64,000 bases of DNA from an uncultured Candidatus Saccharibacteria bacterium (GCA_964513645.1 CAZENF010000002.1:73409-137408); one strand, 5' to 3'; shown: positions 8,636 to 18,659, counted from the first letter of the stretch. The notes: generated from the sequence alone by a model not told the origin. Program-made: numbers and translations.

Positions 8636-9079
8636 ATGAGCGACTACGCCTCAAACCCAAAAGCCAATTTTGACTATGACATCCTCGAGACAATTGAGGC
8701 CGGGATTGTTTTAGAAGGACACGAAGTAAAATCTGTCAAAACCGGCAAGGCCTCGATAAAAGGTTCCTACGTTAAAATATTAAACGAAGAAGCATATCTT
8801 ATCGGCGCAACCATCTCCCCTTACCAGCCGGCCAATACTCCTCAAAACTACGATCCCCAGCGTTCGAGAAAATTATTATTATCCCGCAAAGAAATATCCG
8901 AACTTATCGGCACTTCGCAAGCCAAAGGCACGACCTTGGTACCCCTAAAACTCTACGGCAAAAAAGGTCTTGTAAAACTCCTCGTCGGTATCGCCCGCGG
9001 CAAGAAAAAATACGACAAACGCGAGACCATCAAGAAAAAAGACATCGCCCGCTCAAAACAGAGAGGACTTGAGAATTAA
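8636..9079 (+). CDS. smpB: SsrA-binding protein SmpB
   Basis: Typical SmpB length (147 aa) and sequence pattern (…IEAGIVLEGHEVKS…YLIGATISPY…). Its cognate tmRNA lies immediately downstream. Confidence 0.9.
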   Translation: MSDYASNPKANFDYDILETIEAGIVLEGHEVKSVKTGKASIKGSYVKILNEEAYLIGATISPYQPANTPQNYDPQRSRKLLLSRKEISELIGTSQAKGTTLVPLKLYGKKGLVKLLVGIARGKKKYDKRETIKKKDIARSKQRGLEN

Positions 9080-9098
9080 CTGTTTTTGTGGTATAATC
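9069..9098 (+). promoter_or_regulatory. Candidate sigma70-type promoter for tmRNA (TTGAGA-N18-TATAAT)
   Basis: TATAAT at 9093-9098 lies 7 nt upstream of the tmRNA 5' end GGGGATGACGGG at 9106. A -35-like TTGAGA is at 9069-9074. Confidence 0.4.
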
Positions 9099-9105
9099 TG
9101 GAAAT

Positions 9106-9455
9106 GGGGATGACGGGATTCGACAAGGTTCGTTCCAAATTATCTGCAAGTAATGGATGGGTATCACCATTTAAATCATTATCCAAATTCATAATTGCCA
9201 AAAACAATTATTCATCTGCTTTAGCTTTTGCTTAACAGACGTTCTCTCATTGATTCTCGCTATTTGAAGAGGGCGCCATCAGCGGGATACTGTTTGCGGG
9301 GTCTTGGTGAGTTCTAAGCCGTAGATAGGAAAATTAATTAGAATTCTGGCTTGGCATTTTTGCTAATTTCAAAGCCGAGCAATAAAAAATTAGCTAAACT
9401 TGTAGACTATAATTTGATAAAACTTTGCACGGCGGTTCAACTCTGCCCATCTCCA
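9106..9455 (+). ncRNA. ssrA: tmRNA (ssrA), with predicted tag peptide (A)KNNYSSALAFA
   Basis: The 5' end GGGGATGACGGGATTCGACAAGG is an acceptor/tRNA-like start. An internal ORF GCC AAA AAC AAT TAT TCA TCT GCT TTA GCT TTT GCT TAA runs 9197-9235. The 3' end has a T-arm GGCGG-TTCAACT-CTGCC, then CATCTCC pairing with the 5' GGGGATG, and discriminator A at 9455. No CCA is encoded. The gene sits directly after smpB. Confidence 0.7.
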
Positions 9456-9465
9456 CTTTTGAAAA

Positions 9466-9494
9466 TAAAACAGTCGTTATGACTGTTTTATTTT
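9466..9494 (+). terminator. Rho-independent terminator after tmRNA
   Basis: aaaacagtc-gttat-gactgtttt followed by a T-run. Confidence 0.5.
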
Positions 9495-9739
9495 ACAATG
9501 AATGGCAGAGTTGAACCGGAAAGGGGTCGGGAAAACACCAATGTTTTCCCGTGGCGGAAGAATTGAAACCGAGGGGTTTCAAAGACGGGAGTAAAATGCC
9601 GGCGAAGCAGGTCATTTTGTGGAGAATGTGAAACTCTGCCCATCTCCACAATAAACTAAAACTCCTCTTAAAAGAGGGGTTTTAGTTTTGTTGTATTCGT
9701 GGTATACGATATTCAGGTACTTGAAACAGGAAACGGACT

Positions 9740-10030
9740 ATGGCCCTTCTGCCAGAAGTTGTTAATCTTACTCCTTCGAGGAAGAAATTACTTGAACAGT
9801 TGCATGATGGCCGGTGGCATCACAAATTCCCCGGAATAGGAATCAGGACCTTCGACCTGATGAGTATCCTGGATTTTATAGATGTAAAATTTTCATCCAA
9901 GAACCCTGATAAAACCAATAACTGGAAAGTTAAAGCAAGGATTACTCAAAAAGGCAGGTTCCTGCTCAAGAACAAAAAAGCCACGATAGTATACGGGAGA
10001 GATGTCGCAATCAGAGAAATGGGCGTTTAA
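9740..10030 (+). CDS. Hypothetical small basic protein
   Basis: ORF only. It is followed by a hairpin plus T-run at 10029-10056. No motif recognised. Confidence 0.3.
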   Translation: MALLPEVVNLTPSRKKLLEQLHDGRWHHKFPGIGIRTFDLMSILDFIDVKFSSKNPDKTNNWKVKARITQKGRFLLKNKKATIVYGRDVAIREMGV

Positions 10031-10051
10031 ACAGGCGCTTTGCCTGTTTTT

Positions 10052-10774
10052 TTATTTAAAATATTTCTCCCAGAAATCTGGGCATTTAATTTTGAGTTTT
10101 ATAACTTCGTCTGTAGTTGCAGTTCGGAATTCTATTTCCGTCGCGCAAAGCGCGACGGAGTTGTCTTGAGTTTTTTCTTTACTGCCGTATTTTGAATCCC
10201 CGACTAAGGGATGCCCGGTGTGCGAAAATTGCGCTCTTATCTGATGGAATCTGCCGGTTATAAGTTTTATTTTCAGTAGAGAATAATTTTTATTTGATCT
10301 CACGACCTCGTATTCAAGTTCCGACATTTCATAATTTTCTTTGGCCGAATCCGAAACCGATGCCTTTCGGATGTTCTCATTCTTTGCCAGATAATGAATA
10401 AGTTTTCCTTTTTTCGACTCTAACTCTCCTTCGGCAACGGCATAATATATTTTTTGTATTTCGTTATCTCTGAATTGTTCAGATAATCTTGAAGCACCTT
10501 TTGAAGTTTTACCGAAAAGCACTATACCTGATACGTTCCGGTCGAGACGATGAACAAGGCCGAGAAACACGTTCCCGGGCTTTTTATATTTTTGTTTAAG
10601 ATATTCCTTAACCTTGTCGAGCAGACTCTTATCCCCGGTTTTGTCTCCCCCGTCTGCTCGCCTCGCTGAGGCTTCGCCGGATCGAGACAACGAGGCAGGC
10701 TGAACAAGTAAACCAGCCGGCTTATACACCGCAATTATGTGGTTATCTTCGTAGAGTATATTTAATTTAGACAT
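10052..10774 (-). CDS. RluA-family pseudouridine synthase
   Basis: VYKPAGLLVQ…LVHRLDRNVSGIVLFGKT contains the catalytic Asp motif HRLDxxTSG. An 18-aa in-frame insert (PASLSRSGEASARRADGGD) is encoded by the GC-rich element at 10644-10699. Confidence 0.8.
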   Translation of the reverse strand: MSKLNILYEDNHIIAVYKPAGLLVQPASLSRSGEASARRADGGDKTGDKSLLDKVKEYLKQKYKKPGNVFLGLVHRLDRNVSGIVLFGKTSKGASRLSEQFRDNEIQKIYYAVAEGELESKKGKLIHYLAKNENIRKASVSDSAKENYEMSELEYEVVRSNKNYSLLKIKLITGRFHQIRAQFSHTGHPLVGDSKYGSKEKTQDNSVALCATEIEFRTATTDEVIKLKIKCPDFWEKYFK

Positions 10775-12465
10775 TAGGATGGCGTCGAAGAGATAGTAGC
10801 TTGTTTTGCACGGTCTTTCAATATTTTCCAGACACCAAGACCGACAAGCAAAAACATTCCGCCGATAATATACGGCCAGTGGGAGTACGCCTGTTCCAGG
10901 AAAGATTTTTGATTGACTCTTACTTCTTCCGGTTTGGCAACTTTTTTATAAACTCCGTCGTCGTTTTGGTAAACTATTGTTTTGTAATCTCCTGCTGGGA
11001 GATCAGAAACATCGGCTTGGTGAACGCCCGGCCCAACATTTATTGTCTTAACTAATTTGTTATTGCTATCGAAAATATCCACTCGATAGCCGCCCGAGGG
11101 CTCGCCACCTAAAGGCGCTGACCATTCCACTTGCGGATTTGAACCGTTATCAGAAGGTGGGGAAGGGTTTTTGGACACCTGGGGCTGTGAAGTCAAATTG
11201 GGTTGAGATGTTGCTTGAGGCGGAACTGAAGAGGTGGCTTGGGGAGAATTTGTTGTAGTGGGTATAGGTGTCGGCCGGCTTGAAGGTGCGGGGGTTGGCT
11301 GGGTATTTAAAGTACTGAAGCTTGCGGTTGCAATGACCTCATTTCCATAAACATCGACTGACCTGACGGTGGCCAAATAATTGTTCCCGGCGCTTAAAAC
11401 AGGGTCAGTCGCCAAATAATGCTCAAGTTCTATTGTTGGATCAGAAGCAGCGGTAACAGTAATATGGTTGACCGGAAAACTTATAACCAGGTATGAATTT
11501 GCCGGCTCATTGGTCGTCCAGGTCAAACCCGCAGAATTATTTGTAATATCGACCGCTCTTAAATTAGAGATGGCCGGGAAAACACCTGAGGGCGGAGGAG
11601 TGGGCGCCGGTGTCTGTGCCTGGCCGGAAGTAAATGTGCCCGAAGACTGGCTTTCATTTCCCCAAGAATCTTTCAGGGTCATGATATATTGGTACTCAAA
11701 TCCTTCAGAAACCGGAATAGTGATGCTACAAACATCTATCCCTGGAGAACAGAGTTTATAATCGCCGGTAAAAGATGTGCCTTCGCCGTAACCACCGCCT
11801 AAGGGCCCATATTCAATTTTATAATCTACGGGCTCATTCGCATTAAAATCAACCCGCATCTGGTCTTGAGCAATAACCGTCCAGGCAATATTCGATACGA
11901 TCGGGGCAGAGTGTTCTATCGTTTCATAAAGCCCGTATTTAAAACTAAACTCTTTCTCAACTCCGTTAATTTCAGCTGCACCGTTAAGATAGTTCGAGAC
12001 ATACGGTTCATTGTGGCCCAGCATTCTCGTTCTGTCGCCATAATAGATCTGCAGTTCAGGTAAAGAACTGCTTATCTGGATCTTATATTTATTGCTGGCA
12101 ATTACCGGGATCTGACTGATAGCCACGTGGACTCTTTCCCCTCCCGCGACCGGATTGATGTGGGCAATATTTATCGTTTTGGAAACAAGGGTGTTACTGT
12201 TGTCATCCAAAAGTTCAAAAGTTGCCGGACCGGAACTGCCGGCGTTGTCGAACCAAAAATCAAAGCCACCCAAAAATTCATTGGCCGGCAAAAAATCTTC
12301 CGCAATCGTGCCAGAAGAAGACACGTTCAGAGATTGGGTCAGAAAATAGTCCGGATTAAACTCAAAATATTCGTTCGGCTGGAGATTATCGTCCGCCGAA
12401 GCAAGAGCCGGAGCAACAACAAAAACTATCGTTAAAGCCATTGCTCCGAGATTCTTTTTAATCAT
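10774..12465 (-). CDS. Secreted surface protein with Ig/Fn3-like repeats, PT-rich linkers and a C-terminal TM anchor
   Basis: N-terminal signal peptide, Pro/Thr-rich linkers (PTPAPSSRPTPIPTTT), and a C-terminal hydrophobic helix followed by a basic tail. Confidence 0.45.
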   Translation of the reverse strand: MIKKNLGAMALTIVFVVAPALASADDNLQPNEYFEFNPDYFLTQSLNVSSSGTIAEDFLPANEFLGGFDFWFDNAGSSGPATFELLDDNSNTLVSKTINIAHINPVAGGERVHVAISQIPVIASNKYKIQISSSLPELQIYYGDRTRMLGHNEPYVSNYLNGAAEINGVEKEFSFKYGLYETIEHSAPIVSNIAWTVIAQDQMRVDFNANEPVDYKIEYGPLGGGYGEGTSFTGDYKLCSPGIDVCSITIPVSEGFEYQYIMTLKDSWGNESQSSGTFTSGQAQTPAPTPPPSGVFPAISNLRAVDITNNSAGLTWTTNEPANSYLVISFPVNHITVTAASDPTIELEHYLATDPVLSAGNNYLATVRSVDVYGNEVIATASFSTLNTQPTPAPSSRPTPIPTTTNSPQATSSVPPQATSQPNLTSQPQVSKNPSPPSDNGSNPQVEWSAPLGGEPSGGYRVDIFDSNNKLVKTINVGPGVHQADVSDLPAGDYKTIVYQNDDGVYKKVAKPEEVRVNQKSFLEQAYSHWPYIIGGMFLLVGLGVWKILKDRAKQATISSTPS

Positions 12466-12487
12466 TGATTAATTATACCATTTTTAA

Positions 12488-12516
12488 CTAAAAACGCCCC
12501 GAAGGGCGTTTTTAGT
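12488..12516 (-). terminator. Rho-independent terminator downstream of pilin copy 1
   Basis: aaaaacgcccc-gaag-ggcgttttt, a perfect hairpin plus T-run. Confidence 0.6.
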
Positions 12517-12526
12517 TAAAACATTA

Positions 12527-12979
12527 TTAACGAGTAACAGATATAGGCGTGGTGATCTCGGCTCCAGGAGCGTCGACAGTTATTCTGCCTCCGCCTGCCG
12601 CTTGCATTATCCTGTATCCGGTATCGGCCGCCGTTCCTGTTGAGGGGTCCATGACCATGGTTGAAACATAGGTCGGGACGATGCATGAAGCAAGGTCAAT
12701 GTTGCCGGCTCCTGAACCGACTGCGGTCAAGGCAGCAGGCAATGTGACGGTTACAGCACCGCAGGTTGAACTCCAGACTCCTTTGTTATCAACCATTCTT
12801 TGCCAAACACCATTTAAAATAGTGTTGACGTTGGAAACTCTCTGGGTATCGCGGGCTTGGGCAAACTGTCTGGCCGGGTTCAAAGCAACGATAACCACGG
12901 CTGCCAAGATGGCGATAATACCGATAACGACCAAAATTTCTATAAGGGTGAATCCTGACTGTTTATTGTAATTTTTCAT
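12527..12979 (-). CDS. Type IV major pilin (PilA-like), copy 1
   Basis: N-terminal class III signal QSGFTLIEILVVIGIIAILAAVV (G|FTLIE prepilin cleavage and N-methylation motif). Confidence 0.8.
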   Translation of the reverse strand: MKNYNKQSGFTLIEILVVIGIIAILAAVVIVALNPARQFAQARDTQRVSNVNTILNGVWQRMVDNKGVWSSTCGAVTVTLPAALTAVGSGAGNIDLASCIVPTYVSTMVMDPSTGTAADTGYRIMQAAGGGRITVDAPGAEITTPISVTR

Positions 12980-13107
12980 TTGCGAAATGATTTAAAATGA
13001 TTTTGTTTAAAGACACTATCCGCTCAAGCGCTTTCGAGCAGATAATCGACCTCCAGTAGTAATTGTAACACCGAAAAATCATATAACTAAGATCGTTATC
13101 AACAAAA

Positions 13108-13137
13108 CTAAAACGTCCCAATCGGGGCGTTTTAGTT
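13108..13137 (-). terminator. Rho-independent terminator downstream of pilin copy 2
   Basis: aaaacgtccc-aatc-ggggcgtttt plus T-run. Confidence 0.5.
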
Positions 13138-13151
13138 TTATAAGAGAGATA

Positions 13152-13604
13152 TTACCTGGTAACAGTTATCGGGGTGGTAATTTCAGCACTCGGTGCATCA
13201 ACGGTAATTCTACCGCCTCCGGCCGCTTGCATAATACGGTAGCCGGTGTTAGCCGCCGTTCCTGTTGAGGGGTCCATGACCATGGTTGAAACATAGGTCG
13301 GGACGATGCATGAAGCAAGGTCAATGTTGCCGGCTCCTGAACCGACTGCGGTCAAGGCAGCAGGCAATGTGACGGTTACAGCACCGCAGGTTGAACTCCA
13401 GACTCCTTTGTTATCAACCATTCTTTGCCAAACACCATTTAAAATAGTGTTGACGTTGGAAACTCTCTGGGTATCGCGGGCTTGGGCAAACTGTCTGGCC
13501 GGGTTCAAAGCAACGATAACCACGGCTGCCAAGATGGCGATAATACCGATAACGACCAAAATTTCTATAAGGGTGAATCCTGACTGTTTATTGTAATTTT
13601 TCAT
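13152..13604 (-). CDS. Type IV major pilin, copy 2 (tandem duplicate)
   Basis: Identical to copy 1 except for 3 aa (D/N, G/S, S/T). The 625 bp duplicated unit includes the upstream region. Confidence 0.8.
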   Translation of the reverse strand: MKNYNKQSGFTLIEILVVIGIIAILAAVVIVALNPARQFAQARDTQRVSNVNTILNGVWQRMVDNKGVWSSTCGAVTVTLPAALTAVGSGAGNIDLASCIVPTYVSTMVMDPSTGTAANTGYRIMQAAGGGRITVDAPSAEITTPITVTR

Positions 13605-13730
13605 TTGCGAAATGATTTAAAATGATTTTGTTTAAAGACACTATCCGCTCAAGCGCTTTCGAGCAGATAATCGACCTCCAGTAGTAATTGTAACAAATAC
13701 TCGAAAACTAATTATCCACACCGATTGGGT

Positions 13731-15167
13731 CTACTTTACCTCGCTCCAGAATATCTCTTGATAATAATCGGAAGTCAATGGAAAGCTTGGCGGTGGCCCG
13801 TAGAGAAGATTACTATCATATATCAAATTTCTGTTGGTATATCCGGTATTATCAGTATAAGCGAAGCCATATCTTTGGTACGAACCTATCATGCCATAAG
13901 AAGTTATAGTATTTCTGACGTAACTCGCGCCACAGGATGAAGAATAGTAATAACGCCCGACCCGGCCGTTTTGAGCGATCAGAGCCGCATCCGCCCGTAA
14001 AATATCATCGCTGTTCAAACCGATGTTTATATTATTCTGGGCAATCAAACTGATAATATCCTTGCCGTCATAATTGGTATACAAGAGATTGGTATTTATC
14101 GTGATGCTTGTTCTGGTGGCAGGATTGTCCGGAAATTTTCCCGAAGCAATGGTCACGCGTGAATTATTTATTTGTCCCCTGACCCAGACATTGTCTTCGA
14201 CAAATATTAAACCATTCGCCGGTATCGGATGATTGCCGAGCAGGGTTTCTGTTGAAATGCTCCATGTCCCCCAGCCTGACTGGCCTAAACTGTCACTGCA
14301 ACCACCGGGAGCGTTTGTTAATTTAGTTACTTTATAGATATCGAAGGTATTATTTGTTTTAAGAACAATATCGTATCCATTCGAACCGGACGGGGCAAAA
14401 TACTGGCCACTGGCCTGCGCACTTATTTTAATTTGAGAAAGAGAGGAGGTTATGCCCGTAAAATCAACGGCCGGTACCGGGAACTGTCTTCCGGCTATAA
14501 AAACATCTGGACGATTGGGCACAGCTGCCGGAGGTAGTGGGTCAACTGGATTCACATGCGTATGGACCCCGAACTCATTTCCGCCGGCATGGTCAGGGTC
14601 GTCATAACTGACCACGGCGCTGGTAACAATATTGTGCGCTATCCCGTCAAATCTGATCCCTCCGTTCGAATGTATCTCTCCGAATACTTCTGTACCCGAA
14701 CCGAACCTGACATTGTCGTTCAACACGGCCGCATATTTGGCAAATGAAGGTTTGGCCAACTTGACCAAAATGGTCTTTGAAAGACCGGCGATGCCGCTGA
14801 TACTGCCAGTCGATTTAACAGTTACGACCGTGGAACCGATCGGCGGTGCGGTTATGTCGAGCTGGAACTGGCCGAGAAGATTGCCGGATTTATCATAAAA
14901 ATTGTGAGTATAGGGTCCCGCATGATTAGTACCGTCTTTGAAATCGAGGGGTGCATGAGCAAGATGCCAGCGGTAATATTCGATACCGGCCTCGGCGATC
15001 CTGAATGCTTGGTCCCGCTGGACATTGCGGCTCGCCGCATTGAAATTGGAACCGACCCAAAGCACAAGCCCGGAAAGTATTATCATCGCAACGAAAGCAA
15101 AAAGCAGAACCGCGATGGTCAGTTGGCCCGATTGTGGCCTGAACTTATTTTTTATCTCATTGGACAT
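13731..15167 (-). CDS. Pilus-associated protein (PilX-like N-terminal helix)
   Basis: A single N-terminal hydrophobic helix (LTIAVLLFAFVAMIILSG) followed by a large extracellular domain. It lies inside the pilus operon. The assignment is by context only. Confidence 0.35.
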   Translation of the reverse strand: MSNEIKNKFRPQSGQLTIAVLLFAFVAMIILSGLVLWVGSNFNAASRNVQRDQAFRIAEAGIEYYRWHLAHAPLDFKDGTNHAGPYTHNFYDKSGNLLGQFQLDITAPPIGSTVVTVKSTGSISGIAGLSKTILVKLAKPSFAKYAAVLNDNVRFGSGTEVFGEIHSNGGIRFDGIAHNIVTSAVVSYDDPDHAGGNEFGVHTHVNPVDPLPPAAVPNRPDVFIAGRQFPVPAVDFTGITSSLSQIKISAQASGQYFAPSGSNGYDIVLKTNNTFDIYKVTKLTNAPGGCSDSLGQSGWGTWSISTETLLGNHPIPANGLIFVEDNVWVRGQINNSRVTIASGKFPDNPATRTSITINTNLLYTNYDGKDIISLIAQNNINIGLNSDDILRADAALIAQNGRVGRYYYSSSCGASYVRNTITSYGMIGSYQRYGFAYTDNTGYTNRNLIYDSNLLYGPPPSFPLTSDYYQEIFWSEVK

Positions 15168-15816
15168 TTCGCAGATTTCTTATTAATACGGTGTTCGAAT
15201 AATCAGTACGGCTTTTTGTGTCTCCCGGAGTAGGGTCGACTGTGACAGTTATCTTCACCAGGCGGATCTGGTTAACATTGATCGGCGAAGGCATCGCTGT
15301 CTGCGTTCCGGTATAATTCGGGTCATAGTAAGTAAACAGGGACTGGCTTGCGACCGGCGCCAAAATTACATTATGAACAACATCTGTAAGTACTTCGTTC
15401 GCCGGATTATAGACCGCGGGATTTCCGGTCGGCTTGGTCAATCCTCTGGTCAAAGTTGTGCCTGAAACATAATATCTTACCCTCGAAAAAACACCGCTCC
15501 CGTCAACATCGCTGTAAAAAGTAAATGATTTTGATGAGGCCGACTCGATCGTATAGCTTCCGTTGGCGGAGGGCCCCATTCCTCTCATTTCAATTCCCAT
15601 ATTGCTCAAAGTTAAGCTGACCTCTTGCTGTTCGACAAATGACTGTCCTAAGAATATCTGAAGATTAAAAACGTTATAGCCGAAATAGCTGATAACAAAG
15701 ATCAGACCTGAGAGAATTGCCATCACAATAAGTATCTCAAGCAAAGTAAAACCCCGGCTTATAAATATTCTTGACCTGAAAAATTTAAAAATTTTTAAAT
15801 TAATTTTTTCTGTCAT
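15157..15816 (-). CDS. Minor pilin / pseudopilin with prepilin-type N-terminal domain
   Basis: RGFTLLEILIVMAIL motif. The start is chosen at M12, whose ATG overlaps the upstream stop (TAATG). The track ORF extends to 15849. Confidence 0.6.
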   Translation of the reverse strand: MTEKINLKIFKFFRSRIFISRGFTLLEILIVMAILSGLIFVISYFGYNVFNLQIFLGQSFVEQQEVSLTLSNMGIEMRGMGPSANGSYTIESASSKSFTFYSDVDGSGVFSRVRYYVSGTTLTRGLTKPTGNPAVYNPANEVLTDVVHNVILAPVASQSLFTYYDPNYTGTQTAMPSPINVNQIRLVKITVTVDPTPGDTKSRTDYSNTVLIRNLRNVQ

Positions 15817-17579
15817 TAAGGTGAAAGTGTTGCTCTGTATTCCTGCCAACCGTTAGAAATGGTTACGGGTACAGACATGTCCTGATATCCTGACTTGTGA
15901 AGAGTTAGGGTGTAATTGCCGTTGCTTAAGCCGTTGAAAAATGTCTGGCCATTAGGCAGACAAGTTGAACTGAAATTAACTGTTAGGTCGCTGATAGACG
16001 GCGTAATCGCTTGGTTATCGGTTCTAAGAATAACTTGGTATCGAAGATACCTGTTTCCATTATGAATCGCGTTCATCTGGACATCGCTGACCGTGTAGTA
16101 TGTAGAAGCGGTCCCGTCAGGCCCGACGAAATTCCAGGTTGCATTGTCATTATTTGTTGCGAGCTGGATCTTCAAGCTTGTCTGGGCAGGTTGAGAGAAG
16201 GTAAAAGATAAATTATAAAAATTCGTACTGGAAGTGCCGAAATCTATCGTGTTGGAGTTCAGCCATTCATCGCTTGAAGACGCATATTTGCCGTTTATAA
16301 GCTTGAGCGTTAACTGACCGACCGGACTATCGGCTTCGAGGTTAGTACTCTTGGCACTGTATTTACCGGCTGACCAGTCCGTATCAGTAGTCAAGTTCCG
16401 TCCGGTATATTTCTGGCTTGAAAATCCGCTTTTAGCCAAGGTGGCCGAAACGTCATTTATCCTTTGTCCGGAAGCGTCTTGAGCAGTAACCGAAAGAGAA
16501 GATTGGTTTTTAGGTTCCAGCATCCAGGCAACACTGAAATTACTGTTGGGATTGACAGTGAACGGCGACAAGAAAGAGGTCCCAGCTAAGTCGTAGTTTG
16601 CATCGGTATTCTGCAAAGTATAATTATCCCACTCGAGGTTTGTAGATCTATTTCCACTGACATCCGTCGTGTCACTGACTGAATACTTGAGAACGTTGGG
16701 TCCGGAACCGATCAATTTTGCCCCCTGTTCGGTGAAGTGAATAGCCGGTACAGCCTGACAGAATTTATTTTTGGTCGTAAGTGTCTGGGTGCTTAGTCGG
16801 TCAATGGCGAGAGTTAACAGTGTAACCTGATGACTGACGACTGTTGCATGCGGTTTCACCGGATTAGGGTTTGGCGGATCACCCGGTTTATAAGTCTTGT
16901 CTGTTGAATAGCCGGCCTTAGTGATGGTCACCTGATAGTTAAGAGAACTCGTGGCGATATCAACCAGCTGGAGCTGGCCATTGTTATTCGTAACGTCAGT
17001 AATGTTTATCGCCGGATTAACTGCATTGTTTACGACAGTCACGTTGGCTTGTGCTATCGGGTTGCCTGAAGCATCGATCGCATTCACAAAAAGATCGCCG
17101 TTTTTGGATGAACCTTCAAGATTGGCCGGACCGACATAAGTCGTAGTCGTTATGGGTTTAAAATTCGGACAGTTCTGACAAGTTAACGTAAGCTCAACTA
17201 ATTTGTAGTCGGCCGGAGCAATATCGTTCGGGACTCCGCCCAAAACTCCGTCGAAAGGATCGTCTATATTCCTGACCGTAGTATTTAAAACGAACTTAAA
17301 ACCGGATGTATTTATATTTTGCTGACCTGGAATTATTCCTGCCGGCGCTCCTCCTTGAATACCGATATCCTGATACTTGATGTTTCTTATAACTTCGAGC
17401 TGATTAGAAATAACCGTCAGACCGGTCGCACTCAACTGGGAAGCAACAGTAATATCTATTACACTTTGATAAGCCGAGTATATCGCCGAGGATACGATCG
17501 CAAATATTGCAATCGCAACCAGAGCCTCGACGAGGGTAAATCCTTTCTGACCATTTTTAATATTTAAATATTTGAACAT
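15816..17579 (-). CDS. Large minor pilin with prepilin-type N-terminus
   Basis: KGFTLVEALVAIAIFAIV motif, 587 aa, with a beta-rich Thr/Asn-rich ectodomain. Confidence 0.6.
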   Translation of the reverse strand: MFKYLNIKNGQKGFTLVEALVAIAIFAIVSSAIYSAYQSVIDITVASQLSATGLTVISNQLEVIRNIKYQDIGIQGGAPAGIIPGQQNINTSGFKFVLNTTVRNIDDPFDGVLGGVPNDIAPADYKLVELTLTCQNCPNFKPITTTTYVGPANLEGSSKNGDLFVNAIDASGNPIAQANVTVVNNAVNPAINITDVTNNNGQLQLVDIATSSLNYQVTITKAGYSTDKTYKPGDPPNPNPVKPHATVVSHQVTLLTLAIDRLSTQTLTTKNKFCQAVPAIHFTEQGAKLIGSGPNVLKYSVSDTTDVSGNRSTNLEWDNYTLQNTDANYDLAGTSFLSPFTVNPNSNFSVAWMLEPKNQSSLSVTAQDASGQRINDVSATLAKSGFSSQKYTGRNLTTDTDWSAGKYSAKSTNLEADSPVGQLTLKLINGKYASSSDEWLNSNTIDFGTSSTNFYNLSFTFSQPAQTSLKIQLATNNDNATWNFVGPDGTASTYYTVSDVQMNAIHNGNRYLRYQVILRTDNQAITPSISDLTVNFSSTCLPNGQTFFNGLSNGNYTLTLHKSGYQDMSVPVTISNGWQEYRATLSP

Positions 17580-17588
17580 TTAAATATG

Positions 17589-18659
17589 CTACCGTCCGAG
17601 AGTTTGAGTTATCTTGTATATCGGAGTAATAATGGCTAAAGCCACGAAAGCAACGATCATGCCCATCACCAGCAAAAGCAGTGGTTCCAGAACGTTCGAA
17701 ATAGATTTAGTGGTCTCATCGAGTTCTGATTCATAATAATCAGCCAGAAAGAGTATCGACTCGTCCAATTTGCCGGTATTTTCACCGACCAGTATCATCT
17801 GGGAAAATATCGGCGGAAAAAGTTTCGGGTTCTGGGTAAAATATTTCGACATTGGGTCTCCCTTTCTGACCCCTTCCGATATTTTCAGCAGTTCTCTTCT
17901 ATAAACCAGATTGGACAAGGTACTGGCTGTTATTTCAAGAGACTCGACTATTTTAATTCCTGATTTAAGGAGTAGACCGATAGTTCTTGAGAAGCTGATA
18001 ATATTTACTGACCGCACCATGTCTCCGATTAAGGGAATGGATATAAGTATTACATGCCAGACATACCTTATCTTCTCAACCCTTAAGAGAAGCCAGAAGG
18101 CGACAAGCATGGCAACTATACCGACTCCAACCAGGTAGCCGTAATGGATAAGAAATTGTGAAATTGCAATGAAGGCCAGAGTAGTTACCGGCAGGTCAAC
18201 ATGCAAGCTGGTCAGAACCGGTAATATCTTCGGAAAAATTACAAAGATCATTACCGAGGTGATCCCGACCGTGGCCACAAAAATAACTACCGGATAAGCC
18301 ATTGCCCCTTTTATCTTCTTCTGGAGCTCGTCTCTTTTTTTTAATTCCTCATATAAATATTTAAGGTTCTCGCTTAAGGTTCCCGAGGCTTCCCCTACTC
18401 GGATAAGATTGATGAAAAAATCTCCGAAAACATTCCGGTAGCGTTCAAGGCCGGCTGAAAGAAAGTGCCCGTTCTTAATATCAAGTATCAGCTGGTCAAG
18501 AATTTTGATAAAAGTCCTGGAGCGTGATTGTTTTTTTAATATCTCTAAGCTTTGAAGTATCTGCATGCCCGAACGCATCATCACCTCAAGATTCCTGGCA
18601 AAAAGCATTTTATCCTTATTCGAAAGCCGGAAAAAAAAATTTTTCAGATTAAATTTCAT
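17589..18659 (-). CDS. pilC: Type IV pilus platform protein PilC/GspF family
   Basis: T2SSF-domain pattern (FARNLEVMMRSGMQILQSLEIL…) with 3 predicted TM segments. At 356 aa it is shorter than the usual two-domain PilC. Confidence 0.75.
   Translation of the reverse strand: MKFNLKNFFFRLSNKDKMLFARNLEVMMRSGMQILQSLEILKKQSRSRTFIKILDQLILDIKNGHFLSAGLERYRNVFGDFFINLIRVGEASGTLSENLKYLYEELKKRDELQKKIKGAMAYPVVIFVATVGITSVMIFVIFPKILPVLTSLHVDLPVTTLAFIAISQFLIHYGYLVGVGIVAMLVAFWLLLRVEKIRYVWHVILISIPLIGDMVRSVNIISFSRTIGLLLKSGIKIVESLEITASTLSNLVYRRELLKISEGVRKGDPMSKYFTQNPKLFPPIFSQMILVGENTGKLDESILFLADYYESELDETTKSISNVLEPLLLLVMGMIVAFVALAIITPIYKITQTLGR

Noticed and set aside
12527-13700. Possibility that the 625 bp tandem repeat is a CRISPR-like array
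   Set aside because: There are only two long units, and they encode a full pilin gene. No short repeat-spacer periodicity was seen anywhere in the window.
14556-17567. Numerous 60-110 aa plus-strand ORFs inside the minus-strand pilus genes, and similar ones inside ileS, argS, gyrA and others
   Set aside because: They are antisense shadow ORFs fully contained within well-supported genes. No independent signals.
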